Assembly: GCA_038127595.1 (NCBI GenBank)
Contig: JAYPIC010000010.1
Location: 10,196 to 43,331, forward strand
DNA length: 33,136 nucleotides
From: a bacterium
GTDB taxonomy: Bacteria > Fidelibacterota > Marinisomatia > Marinisomatales > UBA1611
Reading direction: 5' to 3'
The notes beneath the pieces are model-generated. The model was not told the origin of the DNA and did no database searches. It saw nothing but the letters and a program-made list of their open reading frames with translations. Below are positions 29,929-33,136 of the stretch, in pieces (positions within the stretch are counted from its first letter, which is position 1; every line of letters begins with the position of its first letter). Made by a program: the position numbers and the translations under genes.

Positions 29929-30585
29929 TTAGAATGTAAATCCTATATAAACATTAAAATCTGGGCCAAACTCGTTGCTTCCAGCCTCTTCTGCAGAAGC
30001 AGGATCATCATCATCATCCAAAAACTTTAATTTCACATCCCCATCTTTTGGATCATCATATGAATATCCAGCGCCTGCAAATAGTTCGATAAAAAGCCGT
30101 TTGTTTAAAATGGGAGGATGGTATTTATATCCTAATACTAAAGAGGGATTATATACAAATGTATTAACATCTGTCCAATCCTCGCCATTCATCTTGTAAC
30201 CCCAAGAATAGTTTAAAAATCTTAAGTTTGCCTGATAAAACAGTCCTCTTGCGTCACCATTACGATATTTTCTATAACTTCCCTTGATGCCAGATGCACC
30301 TTTGATCCCATAAAGGTATCCATCGATGTATTCTCCATCCTCCTCTGCTTCACTGAAGTCTTCCTCATAACCAAATGTTCCAAACAAAATTTGATACTCT
30401 TTATTACCACCATCAAATACTCTGCCATAGTTTGCATGAAGTAATCCAAACGCGCCCCAAAGAGCACTAAAACTCAAAGTATTCGTTTTAAATGATTCTT
30501 CATTTACTACGGAAGAGTCTTGCTGTTGGCCATAAGAACTATAAAAAAGTGTTAACACTAAAATTATAATTTTTATTATGTTCAA
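29929..30585 (-). CDS. Putative small outer-membrane beta-barrel protein (DUF3575-like)
   Basis: Signal peptide, alternating aromatic strands (LGYKY, FIELFAGAGY), and C-terminal FNVYIGFTF beta-signal. Confidence 0.65.
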   Translation of the reverse strand: MNIIKIIILVLTLFYSSYGQQQDSSVVNEESFKTNTLSFSALWGAFGLLHANYGRVFDGGNKEYQILFGTFGYEEDFSEAEEDGEYIDGYLYGIKGASGIKGSYRKYRNGDARGLFYQANLRFLNYSWGYKMNGEDWTDVNTFVYNPSLVLGYKYHPPILNKRLFIELFAGAGYSYDDPKDGDVKLKFLDDDDDPASAEEAGSNEFGPDFNVYIGFTF

Positions 30586-30769
30586 TTTAAATTTCCTTTC
30601 AAGTTGATATTTTGAAAATTTTTAATTCAAAATCATATTATAATTTAAATTATTTTACTAAAGAGGGAAAAGTCAGATTATTTTTTTTAAATGACCTTAG
30701 TACTATCTGCACATTGAGTATCAATGATAAAAACCTAACTGATTTAAAATTTAATTATTAGGGAAATTT

Positions 30770-32239
30770 CTATTTTAACAATATCATCTTTTTAGTTTTT
30801 ATAAAATTTTTTGTTTCCATACTGTAGAAATATAATCCTGCTGGTACAGGTTTTCTTAGGTTATCAGTCGCATCCCACCTTACTGATTTGTATCCGGATG
30901 ACTGATCCGTATTTACAAGATTCCTTACCATTTTCCCTGAAATATCATAAACAGTAATATTTACAAAAGAATCTTCGTATAAATCATAGTGTAAGGTTGT
31001 CTCCGGATTGAAAGGATTAGGGAAGTTTTGATGTAAAGTAAAAGTGCTAGGAATCATATTTTCATTGGTAGTTAAGGTCGAAGGTTGATAAATCCTAACA
31101 TAATCAATTTCCATATCGGATTCAGTAAAATTTGGTGAGATATTTTGCTCAATTGCTATATTAAGCAACAGGTATTGAGGGTCGTCAAATGGCCACGTTT
31201 CAGAATTTTTTACACTAGGATTGTAAGTGTAGTGCTCTAAATCATTTACACTAAAAATCATTTTTTCAGGAGACCATTCTAAAGAATATACATTAAAGCC
31301 AGTTGTAGCATTGGAGATATTCTGACCACCATGATTAATTGTACCGCCAAAACTTGATGGTGTATGTAAAGCACTCTGAACATAATTTTGATTACCCCCC
31401 CAATGTTCCATGATATCAATTTCTCCACAGTAAGGCCATGAAACATTTCCATAACCTTGCATTTGCCAATAAGCACCAGGCTCATCAATATTTTGCCCTA
31501 ACATCCAGATAGCAGGCCAGGTCCCCACTCCTTCCGGTAATTTTGCTTTCACTTCTACTTTCCCATATGTAAAAGCAAATTTTGAATTAAGCCTTGCTGA
31601 TGTGAATTGTTTGGTATGCCCCTGATCAGTAAAAGTTTCTCTTTTAGCAACTATTTTTAATGTGCCATTACTAACATAAGAATTTTCTAACCTGTTCGTA
31701 TAATGTTGAATTTCATTATTGTACCAACTATACCCATTTGGTAATTGTGTCTGATGATGCCATTTTGAATTATCTATAGCCCCATTATTATCAAATTCAT
31801 CACTCCAAATAAGATTATATTCAATATTAGGTTCATCAGTACAAAAACTATTACAACTTTCGAAACAAAAAGGACCTTCTGTTTGATAATTATTGGAAAC
31901 AATGACCTGCCTGTCGAAATAAGTTCCAAAAGCACATCCGCCTTCTATTAAACTATTATCATTCTCCCAACCAGGTGAATCCCAATAGTCGTAATAGCCA
32001 TTTCTAAATTTATAAGTATAATCCCCAGGCTGAAGGTCTATTGTTAATTGCCATGTTCCATCACCATTATCATTCATTTCAAGTCCACTTGGACCATTAA
32101 TGTTCACGCCTGAAATGTAAACTGCTGGATAATTTCCGTTGCCAGCAACAACCGTTTGATTAGACATGTCTACAATGAAAGTGACTTGACTAGCATGAAT
32201 AGTAGCCATCATTGTTGATATTAATATAAATAATCTCAT
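30770..32239 (-). CDS. Secreted GH16 beta-glucanase (laminarinase-like) with N-terminal CBM-like domain and C-terminal sorting/FlgD-Ig domain
   Basis: WSDEF, FTSARL, WPAIWML, catalytic EIDIME, DYVRIY, and C-terminal QNFPNPFNP...KKMILLK. Confidence 0.92.
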   Translation of the reverse strand: MRLFILISTMMATIHASQVTFIVDMSNQTVVAGNGNYPAVYISGVNINGPSGLEMNDNGDGTWQLTIDLQPGDYTYKFRNGYYDYWDSPGWENDNSLIEGGCAFGTYFDRQVIVSNNYQTEGPFCFESCNSFCTDEPNIEYNLIWSDEFDNNGAIDNSKWHHQTQLPNGYSWYNNEIQHYTNRLENSYVSNGTLKIVAKRETFTDQGHTKQFTSARLNSKFAFTYGKVEVKAKLPEGVGTWPAIWMLGQNIDEPGAYWQMQGYGNVSWPYCGEIDIMEHWGGNQNYVQSALHTPSSFGGTINHGGQNISNATTGFNVYSLEWSPEKMIFSVNDLEHYTYNPSVKNSETWPFDDPQYLLLNIAIEQNISPNFTESDMEIDYVRIYQPSTLTTNENMIPSTFTLHQNFPNPFNPETTLHYDLYEDSFVNITVYDISGKMVRNLVNTDQSSGYKSVRWDATDNLRKPVPAGLYFYSMETKNFIKTKKMILLK

Positions 32240-32389
32240 TTAATAACGATTAAAACCTAATCCAATAAAGTAGTAAGATGAATTTAATTAGGCATAAATA
32301 ATTAGAAATTGACCAACAATTTTCCAACATTTAATATTATGAAAAACGGTAATAAGGCAGGACTACAATCAGTAAAGAATTTTTTCAAA

Positions 32390-32704
32390 TTAACTTTGAA
32401 TCTCCATTTCAATATTCAATTTTGTTTTTTCTTTATTTATACCTTGTTTTTCAAGCATTCTATCTAACTCTTCTTCCAGTTCTTCTCTAGTAATATCACC
32501 TTTGCCTCTAATGACGACATTTGTTAAATCTTCACCATTCTCAATTGTACGTTCGATACTTACTTCAATATTTTTTTCTTGCTTGTTATGATCTGTAGGT
32601 AAGAAAGATTCTGTTTCAACATCACCTAGAAAAAGGAATATTACGGAAACACTAACGGCTCCCAAAACAATACCAAAAAACATGCTTTTGTATTCTAATT
32701 TCAT
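32390..32704 (-). CDS. Hypothetical single-TM acidic protein
   Basis: 104-aa ORF with an N-terminal TM helix and a Glu-rich soluble domain, co-directional with its neighbours. Confidence 0.6.
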   Translation of the reverse strand: MKLEYKSMFFGIVLGAVSVSVIFLFLGDVETESFLPTDHNKQEKNIEVSIERTIENGEDLTNVVIRGKGDITREELEEELDRMLEKQGINKEKTKLNIEMEIQS

Positions 32705-32843
32705 ATCATATAGTCTATTTTTTTATAAATCTAATATTACTTCAAAAATAAAAAACACTTAGAAATTTACAAATATATTACTATTGTATTTAGGCTAAAA
32801 ACAGAAAACTTTACGAATGGGGGTTTGATCTATAAAGAGATTT

Positions 32844-33136
32844 CTACTTTAACAATATCATCTTTTTAGTTTGCCTAAAATCCTTTATTTCAATACTGTA
32901 AATATATACTCCCGCTGATACTGGTTGACCGTGATTATCGGTAGCATCCCATTGAACCGATTTATATCCAGATGATTGGTTTGCATTAACAAGATTATTT
33001 ATCACATTACCAAGCATATCATAAATGGTAATACTTATAAATGAATCTTCAGGTAAATCATAACTTAACCTAGTAACTGGATTAAATGGATTAGGATAGT
33101 TTTGATGCACGGTAAATTTTTTAGGAATATTAATAT
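32844..33136 (-). CDS. C-terminal sorting (T9SS type A-like/FlgD-Ig) domain of a secreted protein, truncated by the window edge
   Basis: Frame stays open to the window end (INIPKKFTVHQNYPNPFNP...TKKMILLK*). Confidence 0.88.
   Translation of the reverse strand, partial: INIPKKFTVHQNYPNPFNPVTRLSYDLPEDSFISITIYDMLGNVINNLVNANQSSGYKSVQWDATDNHGQPVSAGVYIYSIEIKDFRQTKKMILLK

Noticed and set aside
30003..30018. (ATC)n trinucleotide run as a phase-variable repeat
   Set aside because: It is short and simply encodes DDDDD in an acidic loop. Slippage would keep the frame.
24814..33136. Genomic island integrated at tRNA-Arg
   Set aside because: No integrase or transposase and no repeat of the tRNA 3' end was seen in the window, and the flanking genes look chromosomal.

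Overview
Low-GC, gene-dense bacterial chromosomal segment with many overlapping or abutting start/stop codons. It looks like an FCB-group bacterium, most plausibly Marinisomatota/SAR406. This is inferred from the FCB-type SecA and ATP synthase subunits, the T9SS-like 'NYPNPFNP...KMILLK' C-terminal domains and the canonical sigma70 promoters. About 1-22 kb is housekeeping: secA (partial)-nusB-ilvE-thiolase-phoH, a divergent TatT-like/TPR/lipoprotein trio, aspS, the atp operon preceded by parA-parB-M23-bactofilin, and secD-secF-ogt. atpD carries a single in-frame TAA at the conserved Glu after the P-loop. About 22-33 kb is more accessory: a short Omp85-family protein, an unknown secreted protein, a 76-aa basic tandem-repeat protein with its own near-consensus promoter, RBS and terminator, tRNA-Arg(UCU), an FKBP PPIase, an MBL hydrolase, a pirin / small membrane protein / CxxC-domain::MsrB fusion / cold-shock cluster, LysE, a beta-barrel protein, and a GH16 glucanase plus a second protein with sorting-type CTDs. 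No mobile element or CRISPR array was seen. The best candidates for undescribed biology are the signal-peptide CxxC::MsrB fusion next to a Tat-signal pirin (possible exported redox-repair module) and the 76-aa repeat protein (possible nucleoid or RNA-binding protein).
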